Source of the DNA: Octopus sinensis
Taxonomy: Eukaryota
Reading direction: 5' to 3'
Assembly: GCF_006345805.1 (NCBI RefSeq)
Contig: NC_043001.1
Coordinates: 73,284,001 to 73,348,000, forward strand
Length of the DNA stretch: 64,000 nt
The notes under the pieces were generated by a model that was not told the origin of the DNA, searched no databases, and saw only the letters and a list, made by a program, of their open reading frames with translations. This document shows, piece after piece, positions 63,641-64,000 of this stretch. Made by a program: the position numbers and the translations under genes. The stretch's first letter is position 1. Every line of letters begins with the position of its first letter.

Positions 63641-64000
63641 ATATATATATGCATACTTATGTATATGCCATAAAAGTCCTACACATCTTGATGCTGAGGC
63701 CTAAAATGTCTCAAAAGTTTTTTTTAAAAATACATAACATTACAACCACAAGAGTACAATCTCCTTAAATCCAATATATTAATTTTAAATATTCCATTTT
63801 ATTTTAAATAAATTTATATATAATGATTTCTTACATTCGTACAAGGACCAGAAATTTTATCTAGAGAGATGTAGATGTGGTTGCATAGATAAGAACTTTG
63901 GCTCACAATCATGTGGTTTTTGGTTCAGTCACACTGCGCAACATGTAGAGTATGTGTTTTCTACTATAGAAGTAAACTAACCAAGTTCTAATGAATAGGT

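Overview
AT-rich, microsatellite-dense eukaryotic DNA. The SINE/LINE repertoire points to a cephalopod, most likely Octopus (inference; no search was run). I can support one host coding exon: the ATG-bearing exon of a hormone-sensitive lipase (LIPE/HSL)-like gene on the minus strand (19300-18854). It encodes an ~95-aa Ser/Pro-rich extension and then the start of the HSL N-terminal domain. A probable 71-nt 5'UTR intron precedes it. I could not find the next exon in 1-18853, so that stretch is probably intron. The rest is mostly transposable elements. tRNA-derived SINEs fall into at least 4 families. LINEs include a near full-length RTE (43.9-47.1 kb), RTE copies with a PHD finger inside ORF2, a BovB-like RTE, CR1/L2 fragments and R4/Dong-like fragments in (TAA)n. 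There is also a Penelope GIY-YIG fragment, a mariner nested in a SINE, a non-autonomous Helitron, hAT and piggyBac-type MITEs, a ~680-bp foldback palindrome and a solo LTR with a 4-bp TSD. The most unusual signals are RNA-structural. Seven minimal type-I hammerhead ribozyme motifs in four families are present, one with an intact core. One family is the tail of a tRNA-headed SINE. A tandem H-type-pseudoknot-like motif recurs in the RTE 3'UTR. Most short ORFs in the supplied track are microsatellite or antisense artefacts. Coordinates were counted by eye; the ends of decayed elements are approximate.
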